From NCBI GenBank assembly GCA_963704035.1, contig CAVPGR010000004.1, positions 1,048,219 through 1,112,218 on the forward strand: a stretch of DNA of 64,000 nt, read 5' to 3'. Numbering within the stretch: the first letter of the stretch is position 1; each line of letters starts with the position of its first letter. Made by a program: the position numbers and the translations under genes. This document shows, piece after piece, positions 9,580 through 20,215 of the stretch. The stretch is from an uncultured Actinomycetes bacterium. GTDB lineage: Bacteria > Actinomycetota > Acidimicrobiia > IMCC26256 > JAOSJL01. Under the pieces are notes generated by a model. The model saw nothing but the letters and a program-made list of their open reading frames with translations. It did not search any database and was not told the DNA's origin.

Positions 9580-10813
9580 ACAACCGATTCGAACCGTTGC
9601 TGGCAATGGGTGGCTCCCATCGTCGCCGTTGCCGTCATGCTGGCGGGTTGTAGCGACGAATCCAGCGACGACCGCGTCGACGAGAACGAGACCGACCACG
9701 TCAGTCGCCGGCGGAGGCCGGAGCGAAGCAGCGGTGCCGTGCGACGCCGAGCCCGAGGTGCTGACCACGGACGACGGTGTGGACTTCGTCCGCACGCCGG
9801 ATGCGTGCTTCGAGGACCTGCCGGACTGGCCGTACGAGCCGCAGTACGTCGAGATCGACGGGCTGCGCCAGGCCGTACGTCGACGAGGGCCCGGCCGACG
9901 GCGAGGTCGTGCTGTTGTTGCACGGCCAGCCGTCGTGGTCGTACCTGTACCGCGCACATGATCCCGGTGCTCGTCGACGCCGGCTACCGGGTGATCGCCA
10001 TGGACCACCTCGGCATGGGCCGCTCGGACAAGCCGACCGAGCATCGACGCCTACTCGCTACCTGGGCCACAACGAGCGGCTCGAGCACTTCGTCGAGGAA
10101 CTCGAGCTGACCGACATCAACCTGTTCGCCCAGGACTGGGGCAGCCTCATCGGGCTGCGCACCGCCGGCCTCGACCCCGACCGGTACGCCACCATCACCG
10201 TCGGCGACGGAGCACTCCCGGACGTTCCCGGCCGACGCCGAGCCGCTTCCCGCCGGTGGAGAACCCCGACGAGACCGTCCGACATGGAGCTCGCTCGTTC
10301 GCCGAGATGCCCGCCCAACAGGTCCCCGTTCTACGACGGCTGCGAACTCCTGCTGGATGCAACCGAGGGCGGCGGCTACTTCGGGAACTGGATGGCCTAC
10401 GCGATGACCGCCGAGAGCTTCCACGCTTCGGAGGTGGTCGAGGCGATGACCTGGTTCGACCTCCCCGACGACGACGAGGCCGCCTACGACGCCCCGTTCC
10501 CCAGCCGGATCTACATGGGCGGACCGCGGACCTTCCCGTCGCTGGTCAACGAGGTGCCCGGGCACGACCGAGGAGGCCTGGGACGGCCTGCGCGACTTCG
10601 ACAAGCCGTTCCTCACGCTCTGGGCCGTCGAACGACCCCGGCAACCTCGGCCAGTGCGCCACCCAGCAGAACCTCATCGACGACGTCCCCGGGCGCCGAG
10701 GGCAGCCCCACGACCGCCTCGCCGAATCCAGCCACTTCCTCCAGGACGACCAGGGCACCGAGATCGCCCAGCGGATGGTCGAGTGGCTCGACACAACGAG
10801 CAACGGACGGTAG
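9576..10813 (+). pseudogene. haloalkane-dehalogenase-like alpha/beta hydrolase lipoprotein, multiply frame-broken
   Basis: GGAGG-GTG start, LAGC lipobox. Hydrolase segments are scattered over all three plus frames (FVRTPDACFEDLPDWPYEPQYVEIDGLRQ / YVDEGPADGEVVLLLHGQPSWSYLYR / MIPVLVDAGYRVIAMDHLGMGRSDKP / INLFAQDWGSLIGL / AYDAPFPSRIYMGGPRTFPSLV / SSHFLQDDQGTEIAQRMVEWL). Confidence 0.75.
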
Positions 10814-10818
10814 AGGCC

Positions 10819-11215
10819 ATGCACACATCACTCAGGCACTCGGACGCCGCAGAAGACCGCGCCGCTGGGTGCACCGATCGTTGGCGCTCGTCGCTGTCGC
10901 CATCGCTCTCGTCGCGGCCAGCTGCGCGGACGTTACTAACACTACGGGAGCCACTGAGGACGAGACGGCCCAACGGAGTCGACCGCCACTGGCGAAGACT
11001 GAACCACCACGGAAGGCGACGACGAGGAGTGCTGGAACCCGACCGAGATGCTCGCTGAGGCCAAGAATCCGACGCCGGTTTCGAGATCATCGAGGCTCGC
11101 GATGACGGCACAAGGGTGGCCTGCTGTCAACGGCGATCACCCAGGACGAGTTCGACGCCATCGAACTGCCCGCAGGTTGGTCGACGAACCAGCCCCGAGC
11201 GGCGGTGGACCAACA
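10819..11215 (+). pseudogene. small putative lipoprotein, frame-broken
   Basis: ATG at 10819; signal-like LALVAVAIALVAASC in a second frame, continuation in a third frame; no family recognised. Confidence 0.3.
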
Positions 11216-11217
11216 CG

Positions 11218-11291
11218 TGGAGACGATGGGACTCGAACCCACGACTTCCTGCTTGCAAAGCAGGTGCTCTACCAGACTGAGCTACGTCCCC
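11218..11291 (-). tRNA. tRNA-Ala (anticodon TGC)
   Basis: Hand-folded cloverleaf: GGGGACG acceptor with G3:U70, anticodon loop TTTGCAA, T-loop TTCGAGT; CCA not encoded. Confidence 0.9.
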
Positions 11292-11560
11292 GGAACCGCC
11301 CATCGTACCGAGCCGCCGCCAAGGACGGTCCCGCGGAACCGGATCGAGCGCGCTATTCGGGGGGGGCGGGCGAGGTCGAGCACCAGGGGCAGGTGGTCGC
11401 TGAGATCGCCGACCTCCGCTTCGTCGACGACGCTGGCGTCCTCGATGAGCCCGTCATCAAACATGCTTCCGGAAGCGAAGATGTAGTCGTCCCGCCACAG
11501 ATGCTCCGAACCGCTGTGGACATGGGTTCCGATGTGCCGACCAGCCGTTGAGCCGCGCGG
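11282..11560 (-). pseudogene. endonuclease/exonuclease/phosphatase-family C-terminal fragment
   Basis: WRDDYIFASGS...VGDLSDHLPLVLDL resembles the EEP C-terminal motif; no intact N-terminal part found upstream. Confidence 0.35.
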
Positions 11561-11639
11561 GCCGCAGGACGTTCGCGTTGTCGACGCACGTGCGTCGCCT
11601 CGACTGGTCTCACGCCCCGAGACGCTACGGCGAGGCAGA

Positions 11640-12514
11640 CGCCGGACGACGCTGAAGGGCCGCGATGCCGCTCCGTCTGGCCGCTCCTGGTTGCGTGCCG
11701 CGATCAGGTCGGCGAAGAAAACCTCCAGCCGAGCCAGGTACGGCATGACGTCGTCCGGGCCGGTGGGTCCGCCCTCGACGAGCGGTCGACCCTCTTCGTA
11801 GACGGTGCAGAAGTCGTCGCGACGGGCACGGCCGGGTCCTCGGGGACTCCCGGCACGGGCTCGCCCGGCGGCGGGGGAACGATGGCGATCGGCGGGGGAC
11901 CCCAGCCCTCCCACGCGTCACCTTCGTACACCGGGTCCGCGACCGGCGCGGGCTCGAGCAGCGGATTGCCGCATGCGCAGCGCGTGCGCGGCACGCCCGC
12001 GTCGTCGATCAGCACGGCCGTTCCGGCCTGGAGCACGGACTGGCGGGGGTGTCGCCACGCCGTCTGCGAATCCGTGATTCGTGACCTGCGTGTCGTGCTG
12101 GAGCACCGTCGGCGTGAGCGACTCGACGTAGGCGCCGATCTCGTCGGGATCGATCCTCTGGGCGTCGGCCCACGCGGCCGCCTTGTCGGGGTTCTCGTCC
12201 GAGAACGCGACGAGTTGATCCTCATCGCAGACGCCTTGGTCCCCCGTCCCGCCGTAGAGGCCGGGTGCGTTGGCGCGTTGGATCACCCCGTCGGACGGGG
12301 TCGACGCCACGGCTTCGGTGCTACCGGCGACCGAGTCGGTGAACGGGTCGGGCCCCGTCGCGGACACGGGCTCGAGCAGCACGCGGCGTTCCGGGGCATC
12401 CCCGGGCTCGGCGTCGTCGTTGTTCTCCCCGCCGCCACCACCACAGGCTGCAACGAGGACGATCCCCGCCAGCAACACGGCGAGTCCGTTCCTGCGCACG
12501 GGCTTGGTCATCAT
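11640..12514 (-). CDS. secreted lipoprotein of unknown function with at least two apparent frame breaks
   Basis: MTKPVRRNGLAVLLAGIVLVAAC lipobox. Protein-like sequence continues across three minus frames (breaks near 12050 and 11830); 3' end uncertain. Confidence 0.4.
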
Positions 12515-12649
12515 CGTGATCTCCTTGTCCCGAGCCGACCTCTCATGATCGGCCTTCAGGGGTATGGAGCTGAGGATCACGACGACCTAAAAGGCCTGCC
12601 GGGAATTTCTACGGGCGTGATCTACGGCTGGATCGGCGCCGGCCCGCCG

Positions 12650-13260
12650 TTTCTGGAAAACCTGGGCGACGGGACGGCACGATCACGGCCGGCACCGTCA
12701 CCGGCGCTCCCGGCGGCGGAACAGTCACCGGTAGCCGCCCCCGCACCGCAGGCGGCACCTACACCGTCGAGGGCAGCGCGTTCTCGCTCGCCGGTAGCTT
12801 CGACGATCCCGACGCCGACAGCTGGACGGTCGCTGTCGACTGGGGTGACGGGGAAGCCCCCGAGGTGATCCCGCCCGCGACGCCAGGAGCTTTCTCTGTG
12901 CCTCACACGTACCCCGACGAAGGAACGTTCACGATCATGGTGACCGTCTCGGACGGGACCGATCAAGACTCGGTGACGCTGTTCGGCGTCGATCCCTCGA
13001 GCGTCGATCCCACGAGCCTGGACGCCGCTGCCACGATCGAGCAGATCGTCGCCTCCCACACCTACTCGGAGCCCGGAACCTACGACACCGAGGTCTGTGC
13101 CCTCGACGGCGACGGGGGACGAGGGTGGGCGAACTCCCGAGAACGGGCTCCCACACCGATCGCCACCTGCAGATCGCAATCGCTCTCATCGTGGCCGGAA
13201 TGGCGCTCGTCCTGGCCACCAACCGCCGCCGCGACTGGGGCAACACCCCGCGTTCGATGA
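12650..13260 (+). pseudogene. PKD-like repeat surface protein fragment with LPXTG sorting signal
   Basis: HTYPDEGTFTIMVTVSDG and HTYSEPGTYDTEVCALDGDGG in one frame. LPRTG plus hydrophobic stretch plus NRRRD (13134-13235) lie in another frame. No start or signal peptide found. Confidence 0.45.
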
Positions 13261-13318
13261 TGACAAGCGGGATCATGAGTCGCCCCACTCGGCCGTTGCC
13301 GTCGAGGAACGGGTGAGT
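13235..13318 (-). pseudogene. Fic-domain core motif fragment
   Basis: THPFLDGNGRVGRLMIPLVIIERGVLPQ matches the Fic HxFx(D/E)GNGRxxR motif; flanking sequence is not Fic-like. Confidence 0.5.
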
Positions 13319-13386
13319 CGTTCGACCCCGTAGCTGAGCGCTGCGACGCCGCAAAAGCCAGCTTGCCGGTGTCCGTCACTACTCCG

Positions 13387-13671
13387 TCAGCCTGTCGCAA
13401 CGTTCGTCGTCTCCGCCGTCCACTGCTTCGGCGGACCTGCAAACGTTCCGTCGACTTCTTGGAGCCCGGGCATCAGAACGTTCTCGAGGAACGTGTCGCA
13501 TGACTCCTTCGAGTCCCACAGCGCTACCACGAGAAACCCGCCTTCCGTCGGACCTGCGGCGTGAAAGGTCTGACCCGCGGGCAAGGACCCGCCCGGGTGG
13601 GCGGTCTCCAGTGCCGCGTTGTACTGGTCTTCTGTACCACCTTCGTAGAAGTGCGCGATCAGATACGCCAT
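13387..13671 (-). CDS. small hypothetical protein
   Basis: 94-aa ORF from MAYLIAHFYEGGTEDQY; protein-like composition, no family recognised. Confidence 0.45.
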   Translation of the reverse strand: MAYLIAHFYEGGTEDQYNAALETAHPGGSLPAGQTFHAAGPTEGGFLVVALWDSKESCDTFLENVLMPGLQEVDGTFAGPPKQWTAETTNVATG

Positions 13672-13679
13672 CCCTGCTC

Positions 13680-14448
13680 CCTCGCTCGGTGAAACGGCTG
13701 GGCGGAACGCCCAACGGGCGGAGTCTTCCACCTGTCGCTGTACAATGCTCGGCCGCCTGCTGCCCACAGCAGCGGGGCCCGGACCGGGATACGGGATCTC
13801 GGCCCGGGCCCGCGGGTGCTGTCGGAATCAGACGTGCGAAGAAACGGTGCGGGGTCGACTCGCGCGGACAACAGGGCCGCGGCGGCGATGGCGATCGTGA
13901 GCAGGTACACAGGCGGCAGCCAGTACCAGGCGACCGACGGGGCCAGGGAGCCGACCACCAGCAGAACCGTGGAAACGGTCGGGCGCCGCTCGCGCAGGAC
14001 GATCCCGGCCACGAGCGCGGCTCCGCAGCAGGAACGCTGCGAGGAACCACAAACGCCGTGTCCAAGCCGAAGTCACCGAAACCAGCAAGAATCGGGAACA
14101 ACGTCGCCACGACAGCGACGCCTGCAGCAGCGAGTAGATCACGGACCGGTCGGCGAACGAGGTGAGTCGTGTGGGCATGACGGTTCCTCCTGTCGCGGTA
14201 CGAGACCGCGACCTCAGGGTTTCCCGCCGCCAGGACAGGTCGGCGGGGATGCCCGACAGCACCCGGCCGATCACATGCGATGCTGAAACGCACACCGCTC
14301 TCGTTCGTCTCACGCGACGTCGTTCGCGTGTTCCCACAGGTCCGACGCGATCTCGCGCTCTACGCGTACTCCTTGATGTCGGCGGGCAGTCGCCGCGTGT
14401 AAATACGCGCCCACCGGGTGCACAACCACGCTCCAAGACCCGCTGTCT
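13680..14448 (-). pseudogene. PadR-associated membrane protein, multiply frame-broken
   Basis: YTRRLPADIKEYA / EREIASDLWEHANDV pieces downstream of padR. An internal GGAGG-ATG at 14178 is followed by TM segments spread over three frames. Confidence 0.3.
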
Positions 14449-14816
14449 TCACGCCGGAGCGATTCCGGGAGTGGTACCTCGGCCGGACGGCGCGGTCTCC
14501 GTCGGACCGCCCGCCGAGCCAGCGCTGAATTCTCCCGCAGCGGTGATCCGATAGAGGCGACGCCGTGGACGCCCCTCGGCGAGAGCGGCGTCGGCGTCCT
14601 CCCACCGATCTTCGAGCAGACCGCCGTCATCGAGGCGTCCCAACGCCTTGTACAGCGTGCCGTGCGCTGTCAGACGCTTGGAGGCGCCTGCGTCGCGCAT
14701 CTCCTTGGCCAAGGGCGAAGCCGTGCACCCATCCGTCGCCGAAGCATCGTGAGCCCGTCGGCGGACTGAAGGATGTCGACCTCGAGGGGGAGCAGAGATC
14801 CGGGGCGTCGACGCAT
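14449..14816 (-). pseudogene. PadR-family transcriptional regulator with two apparent frame breaks
   Basis: MRRRPGSLLPLEVDILQSA / GDGWVHGFAL / AKEMRDAG...GTLYKALGRLDDGGLLEDRWE...RRRLYRITAAG lie in three successive minus frames. Confidence 0.6.
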
Positions 14817-14822
14817 GGACTA

Positions 14823-14851
14823 TTTATAGGAAGATATCGTCTCATTGTCAA
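14823..14851 (-). promoter_or_regulatory. consensus promoter for a leaderless padR transcript
   Basis: Minus strand TTGACA (14851-14846), 17-nt spacer, TATAAA (14828-14823), 6 nt, then ATG at 14816. Confidence 0.5.
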
Positions 14852-14932
14852 GTGATCGATCTGCACGCGGCACACGGGCGCCCCGGCGTGGTCCCGGTGA
14901 CGCCCGCGTGAGGGGGTTCTGGTGGTTGCGGT

Positions 14933-15685
14933 TCAGGCGGCCAGGAACGCGTTCCCGATGCTCGTTCCCTCGGCAGGGGCACCTTCATCGGCACCGGGTC
15001 CGCCGGGTCCACCGGGTCCGCCGGGTCCCCCGGGTCCACCTGGTCCCCCGGGTCCACCTGGTCCGTCCGGGAGCTCGAGTCCGCAGGCTTCGGCGGCGGA
15101 GCGGAACGCTTCGTGGCGCTCCTGCATCTCTGCTCGCTTCTGCTCGAACTCCTCACTGCCCGGTTCGGGACGGTCAGCAGGGTCGGGACGCTCCGGTCGC
15201 ACGGGGTGACCGTTCTCGTCGAGCTCGGGCAGCTGAGCACCGTTCTCCTCGAGACACGCACGATCCTCGTCACTCAGGGGCTCGCGTCCCGGTGGCTCGA
15301 TCCCGCAAGCCTCGGCGGCGGAGCGGAACGCTTCGTGGCGCTCCTGCATCTCTGCTCGCTTCTGCTCGAACTCCTCACTGCCCGGCTCGGGCCGGTCAGC
15401 GGGGTCGGGACGCTCCGGTCGCACGGGGTGACCGTTCTCGTCGAACTCGGGCAGCTGAGCGCCGTTCTCCTCGAGACACGCACGGTCCTCGTCACTCAGA
15501 CGCGCTCCGGGTCCCGCCGAACCGTCGGGCTCGGTCGACTCGGAGGACTCGTCGCCTTCTCCCCCGGAGTCGCCTTCCTGGGCGCCACCGGCCGGAATGA
15601 AGGCGAGAGCCAACGCGAGCGCCAGCGCCAGCACGAGGCCTGCTCCCGCTCCGATTCCCAGACCTCTGCGAAACGTCGTACTCAT
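14933..15685 (-). CDS. secreted acidic repeat protein
   Basis: Signal peptide (GLVLALALALALAFIPAGGA), two near-identical 74-aa units each containing two Cys, C-terminal (GGP)7. Confidence 0.7.
   Translation of the reverse strand: MSTTFRRGLGIGAGAGLVLALALALALAFIPAGGAQEGDSGGEGDESSESTEPDGSAGPGARLSDEDRACLEENGAQLPEFDENGHPVRPERPDPADRPEPGSEEFEQKRAEMQERHEAFRSAAEACGIEPPGREPLSDEDRACLEENGAQLPELDENGHPVRPERPDPADRPEPGSEEFEQKRAEMQERHEAFRSAAEACGLELPDGPGGPGGPGGPGGPGGPGGPGGPGADEGAPAEGTSIGNAFLAA
14996..15066 (-). repeat. 9-bp coding tandem repeat (GGP)n
   Basis: gggtccRcc units repeated about 7-8 times. Confidence 0.8.
15082..15497 (-). repeat. 2 x 222-bp near-perfect in-frame tandem duplication
   Basis: gcggaacgcttcgtggcgctcctgcatctctgctcgc... 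recurs with a 222-bp offset (15101 vs 15323). Confidence 0.85.
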
Positions 15686-15798
15686 GGTCGAATCTCCTCG
15701 GCCGTCGTCTCTGCTGTCTCCGGCACCGGAGCATCTGCCCGGCGCCGCATCATCATCTGCATCATCGACGACGGACCTGAAGAACTCGTGAGATCCAC

Positions 15799-17176
15799 CT
15801 AAGAATCAACTCTGGGAGGATCGCCGCCCAAACGGAGCCTGAAGAGTGCCCCACCCCCCTCGGCGTCTGCCACGGACACATCGCCCCCGTGGGATTCGGC
15901 CACCTGCGCCACGATGGCCAGACCGAGCCCCGACCCCGGTTTGTTCCGTGCGGCCGGTGCCCGCCAGAACCGCTCGAACACGTGCTCCCGGTCTGCCTCT
16001 GCCACTCCCGGGCCGTGGTCGCTCACGGTCACCTCACCATCGTGCACGCCGACGGTGACAACACCGCCGTCCGGACTCCACTTGCCGGCGTTGTCGAGGA
16101 GATTCGTGACTGCACGGCCGATGAGATCAGCGTCCCCTGTCACGGTCGTCGGTTCGAGATCGGTCGTGAACTCCACGTCCTGCCAATGGAAGGCCGCATG
16201 GTCCACCGCTGTCTCGACGACCTCGTCGAGGCGAAGGACCTCGTTCCGTTGCACCGGCTCACCGCCGCGAGCGAGGTCGATCACGTCGCCGACGAGTGTG
16301 GACAGCTCGGAAATCTGGGCATCGACATCGCTGCGAAGCTGAGCGGCGTCGGCGTCGGCGAGTTCCTCTTCGCGCGTGAGCACGGCGATGTTCGTCCGCA
16401 GGCTCGTCAACGGCGTTCGCAGTTCGTGCGACGCGTCGGCGACGAGACGACGTTGCACCCCCACCGAACCTTCGAGGGCCTCGAGCATCGAGTTGAAGCT
16501 CGCGGCGAGCCGCCCGAGCTCGTCGTCGGAACCGACGTCGATGCGCCGCGAGAGATCGCGGGTGACCGCAATCTCCTCGGCCACATCGGTGAGCCGGTCG
16601 ACCGGGCGAAGCGCTGTTCTGCGCGACGAGGAAGCCGATCCCGGCGGCCAGCACGACTCCACCGATGGCGACGAGCAGCAGCACCCACCGAAGATCGGCG
16701 AGCACGCTGTCCACCTCGCCCAGCGGCCGTGCCACCTGGAGCGCCAGCCCGTCGGCGAGCGGCGACGTGTAGACGCGGACCTGTTCTCCGTCAACGTCGG
16801 TCGTGGCGAAGAACGCTCGGCTCTCTCCAGCGGCAACCGCCACGGCCTGTTCGCTGACAGGGAGCTCCCCCACCTGGTCGAGGGCGGGCACGGCTTCACC
16901 GTCCGCCGTCACGACCTGGGAGAACCCTCCGGCCCCGCCGAACGGCGGGAGCGGAACGACGAACTCGCCGGGAGGCCCGAAGCCCGGTCGACGCTCTGCC
17001 CGCTGCTGGAACGCCTCGGTGGCCTCGGCAACGTCGTTCGCGCGGTTCACGAGTGAGTCGTCCACCTCGTCGACGAGGACGTCACTCGTCGCCCGGAAGG
17101 CAAAGAAGGCCACCGCCACCACGGCGACCGCCACCGCCACGGCGGCGGCCATCGTGAGTCGGGAGCGCAGTGTCAC
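15799..17176 (-). CDS. two-component sensor histidine kinase (one apparent frame break near 16618-16626)
   Basis: N-terminal TM plus sensor region in frame 1. HAMP, H-box ADASHELRTPLTSL, LLDNAGKWSP, DHGPGV and GSGLGLAIV lie in frame 2. Confidence 0.8.
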
Positions 17177-17194
17177 GACCCGTTCACCGCCGGG

Positions 17195-17875
17195 TCACTG
17201 CTCCCGAAGCACATAGCCGACACCGCGCACTGTCTGGATGACACGGGGTTCACCGCCGGCTTCGCTCTTGCGTCGGAGGTAGCCGACGTACACCTCGAGC
17301 GAGTTCGATCGGGGGCCGAAGTCGTAGTCCCACACAGCCTCGAAGATGACCGAGCGCGTGAGCACCTGGCGCGGATGGCGGAGGAACAGCTCGAGCAGTG
17401 AGTACTCGGTACGCGTGAGCTCGAGGAGCCGGTCTCCCGAGTGGACCTCCATCGCCACCGGATCCATGCGGAGGTGAGCGAACTCGAGGATTCCCTCGGC
17501 TGCGACCTCGTCTTCGCGTCGCCGAAGAAGCGCCCGGATCCGGGCGAGCAGCTCGTCGAGTGCGTACGGCTTGACGACGTAGTCGTCGGCGCCGGCGTCG
17601 AGGCCGACGACCCGGTCGTCGACGGCGTCGCGCGCCGTCACCATGAGCACCGGTGTGGCGTCACCTGCCTGGCGCAGCCGGCGACAGACTTCCAGCCCGT
17701 CGATATCGGGGAGCTGGAGGTCGAGCAGCACGACGTCGGCGGCGGCGGACCGCTGGACCTCCAGGGCCCGGAAGCCCCCATCGGCGGAAGCCACGTCGTA
17801 GTTCTCCAGCCGCAGGGCGCGTTCCAGCGACGTCCGGGCGGCGGGATCGTCCTCGACGACGAGAACCTTCACCAC
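17195..17875 (-). CDS. OmpR-family response regulator
   Basis: Receiver domain ([20 protein letters not shown]) plus winged-helix output (VRGVGYVL). Confidence 0.9.
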   Translation of the reverse strand: MVKVLVVEDDPAARTSLERALRLENYDVASADGGFRALEVQRSAAADVVLLDLQLPDIDGLEVCRRLRQAGDATPVLMVTARDAVDDRVVGLDAGADDYVVKPYALDELLARIRALLRRREDEVAAEGILEFAHLRMDPVAMEVHSGDRLLELTRTEYSLLELFLRHPRQVLTRSVIFEAVWDYDFGPRSNSLEVYVGYLRRKSEAGGEPRVIQTVRGVGYVLREQ

Positions 17876-17925
17876 AGCATTCTGCCAGCGTCGCCTGAAC
17901 GCCTGGTGAGAATGCCGACTACCCC

Positions 17926-18849
17926 TCAGCCGGCGAGCTCGACCAGCTCCGCGAGTTGGGAGCGCGTGCGGTCGAGTTGCAGAAGAGCCGCCTCATGGCG
18001 GCGTGCGTTGGCGATGGCCATTGCCGCCGACTGAGCCACCTCACCCAGAAGCTCCCGCTCCTCGGCCGAGAACGGCTCCTCGTCGCGGGGAGCGACCGCG
18101 ACACATCCGAGCCACGCTCCGCGGCAGACGAGCTGAATGAACACGCCGTTCCCGACCATAGCGGTCTCGTCGAAACCACCGGGGAGCGGCTCACCGACCA
18201 CACGGTCGGTCCCGACACCCTCATCCGGGATCCGGTTGCCTGTGGGCACGGATGCAATGACGATTTCGCCGGAGCTGACGTCGCGAGCGGTGAGTGGCTC
18301 CTGGATCTTGACCCGTGTCGGCCACGCCACGCTCTCACTGCGGATGGCCGCCGCGCGGAGTTCCGCGTCGCCGGATCGCAGCATGAGGACACCGTCGGCC
18401 GAGTCCACGACGTCGAGCATCCGGTCGAGGCTGAGTTCCACGAGCTCGCCGAGATCCAGGACGGACGTGAGCTCCCGTTCGGTCTCGGCGAGCACGCTGC
18501 TGTGCAACAGGCTCTCGGCCAGGGCGAGGTTCATCGACCGCTCTTCGGCGCGCAGGGCCTCCACCCTCTTCAAGTGGCGCTCCTTGTCGAGGACGTAGGC
18601 GCACATCACGGAGGCCAGGAGGATCAGGAGGATCCTCAGCACCGTGACGTTGCTGAGCGGTCCATTCTCGTCAACACCGACCACATCGAGCGCCATCACG
18701 AATACGAGCCCTGTGATCAGCGCCGCCGCCACGAAGATGATCTGCGCTCTACGTCGGCGCAACGCACGATCCGAGTAGTCGTCGCCGACTCCTGCAATGC
18801 GTCCTTCGTCGCGCAGGCGATCGCGCAGGTCCTGGATCTCGGTTCCCAT
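17926..18849 (-). CDS. membrane protein with C-terminal GAF-like domain
   Basis: ATG at 18849; two TM helices followed by about 190 aa of GAF-like sequence. The longer listed ORF is a read-through of the upstream gene. Confidence 0.55.
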   Translation of the reverse strand: MGTEIQDLRDRLRDEGRIAGVGDDYSDRALRRRRAQIIFVAAALITGLVFVMALDVVGVDENGPLSNVTVLRILLILLASVMCAYVLDKERHLKRVEALRAEERSMNLALAESLLHSSVLAETERELTSVLDLGELVELSLDRMLDVVDSADGVLMLRSGDAELRAAAIRSESVAWPTRVKIQEPLTARDVSSGEIVIASVPTGNRIPDEGVGTDRVVGEPLPGGFDETAMVGNGVFIQLVCRGAWLGCVAVAPRDEEPFSAEERELLGEVAQSAAMAIANARRHEAALLQLDRTRSQLAELVELAG

Positions 18850-18949
18850 CTGCTCCCTCCCACGCGCGCTATCGACCGATGGGGCCGCGAAACTTGAGCG
18901 CCGGGACCAACAAGAAGTGAGCCGGGAAGGAGCCCGAAGCGCGCAGCGG

Positions 18950-19950
18950 TCAGGATCCGGCCGTACCCTCGAACACCGCGATCGTGACACCCCGCTCGGC
19001 GAGCTCCGAGAGGAACCCCGTCGGCTCGACCAGCGCGGCGAGGCCGTGAACTCCCGGATGGTCGATCCGATCGATCGGTGCGACCAGCCAGTCGGACGGC
19101 TGTGAGGGCGAGGACGGCGCCCGAGGCGACCGCCGAACGCTCCACGACGCCGTACACGGTGGTACGCAGCGCTTCTCCCCGCCTTCCCCAGACCTCGACC
19201 CGTCGCGGAGCCCCACTCCTGTTCGGCGGCGATGCGACGCCGCTCCATGCGCGAGGCGAGCCGCGCCGGTGGTTCCGCAATCCGATACGAAACGCGTGAG
19301 GCTTCGGGAAAGACGCGGGCCAACAACACGGCCCCGCCGTCGACACCCCGACACTCCACCGAGCCCACCGGATCGGGGAACCAGACGATTTCGTCGCGGG
19401 AGCCCCGGGACAGTTCCTCCCAGGAGTTGTCCCGCCACTCCCGTGAGGGCCCTCGACGTGCCCGATGGGCCGCCCGGGTGCACTCGGGCCCTGCGACACC
19501 GGCGCGCGCGACCCTGACCTCCTCGACGAGGTCGAGCTCATCGGCGGCGTGGCGCACCATCACGTCGGCAAGGCCCGGAGCCAGACCGCACCCGGCGGCG
19601 ATGGTGACCCCTGCGTCGATCGCGGCGGCATCGAGCTGAATCACCTGGAGCAGAGCGTCGGCATCGTCGCAGGCCAGGGCCACCGGAACCCCCGACGCGA
19701 TGGCCTGTTCCACCACCGGAAGCTCAGTTCCCCCCGTCGACGCCACCGCCACCGCATCGAGGTCGTCGGGCAAATCAGCGGTGGGATCGATGTCCACCGC
19801 TGCGCAACCCTCGATCGCTCCCGACACCATCTGCGCCCGTTCGGCGTCGACGTCGTGGACGAGGACGTCGGTGACCCCGGTGCTCTCGGCGAGCTGTCGC
19901 GCGGCACGCGTGCCGACGGCACCGGCGCCGACGAGGAGAATCCGACTCAC
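18950..19950 (-). CDS. saccharopine-dehydrogenase-like NAD(P)-binding protein with two apparent frame breaks
   Basis: GTG start, ILLVGAGAVGTRAARQL Rossmann motif. The C-terminal half continues in two other minus frames (breaks near 19205 and 19095). Confidence 0.5.
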
Positions 19951-20141
19951 CGGAAGTCGGGCGCCTCGAGTTCCCGCCACCCTCCGCTCGTGGGTGGCAC
20001 ACCACCGCGCCCGCGGAGCCGAACGAAACCGGCGGCGAGTACAGCCACGGCGGCGACGATGAGACCTCGACGGAATGCCTTCATGAAACCCGGAGTCTAC
20101 GGTGGCGGCGTGCCCGGCTCGGCGGCCGGGCACCGGTTCGG

Positions 20142-20205
<64 letters not shown>

Positions 20206-20215
<10 letters not shown>

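Noticed and set aside
8930-9961. 343-aa TetR-hydrolase fusion ORF
   Set aside because: A GGAGG-GTG start with a lipoprotein signal begins a separate gene at 9576. The read-through reflects a lost stop in the listed frame.
6553-11217. Intact prophage or ICE between the tRNA-Ala repeats
   Set aside because: No integrase, excisionase, capsid, relaxase or transfer gene is recognisable in any frame. Only a decayed cargo-like segment remains.
14996-15066. Collagen-like triple-helix domain from the (GGP)7 repeat
   Set aside because: Seven Gly-X-Y triplets are far too few. It is more likely a flexible low-complexity tail.
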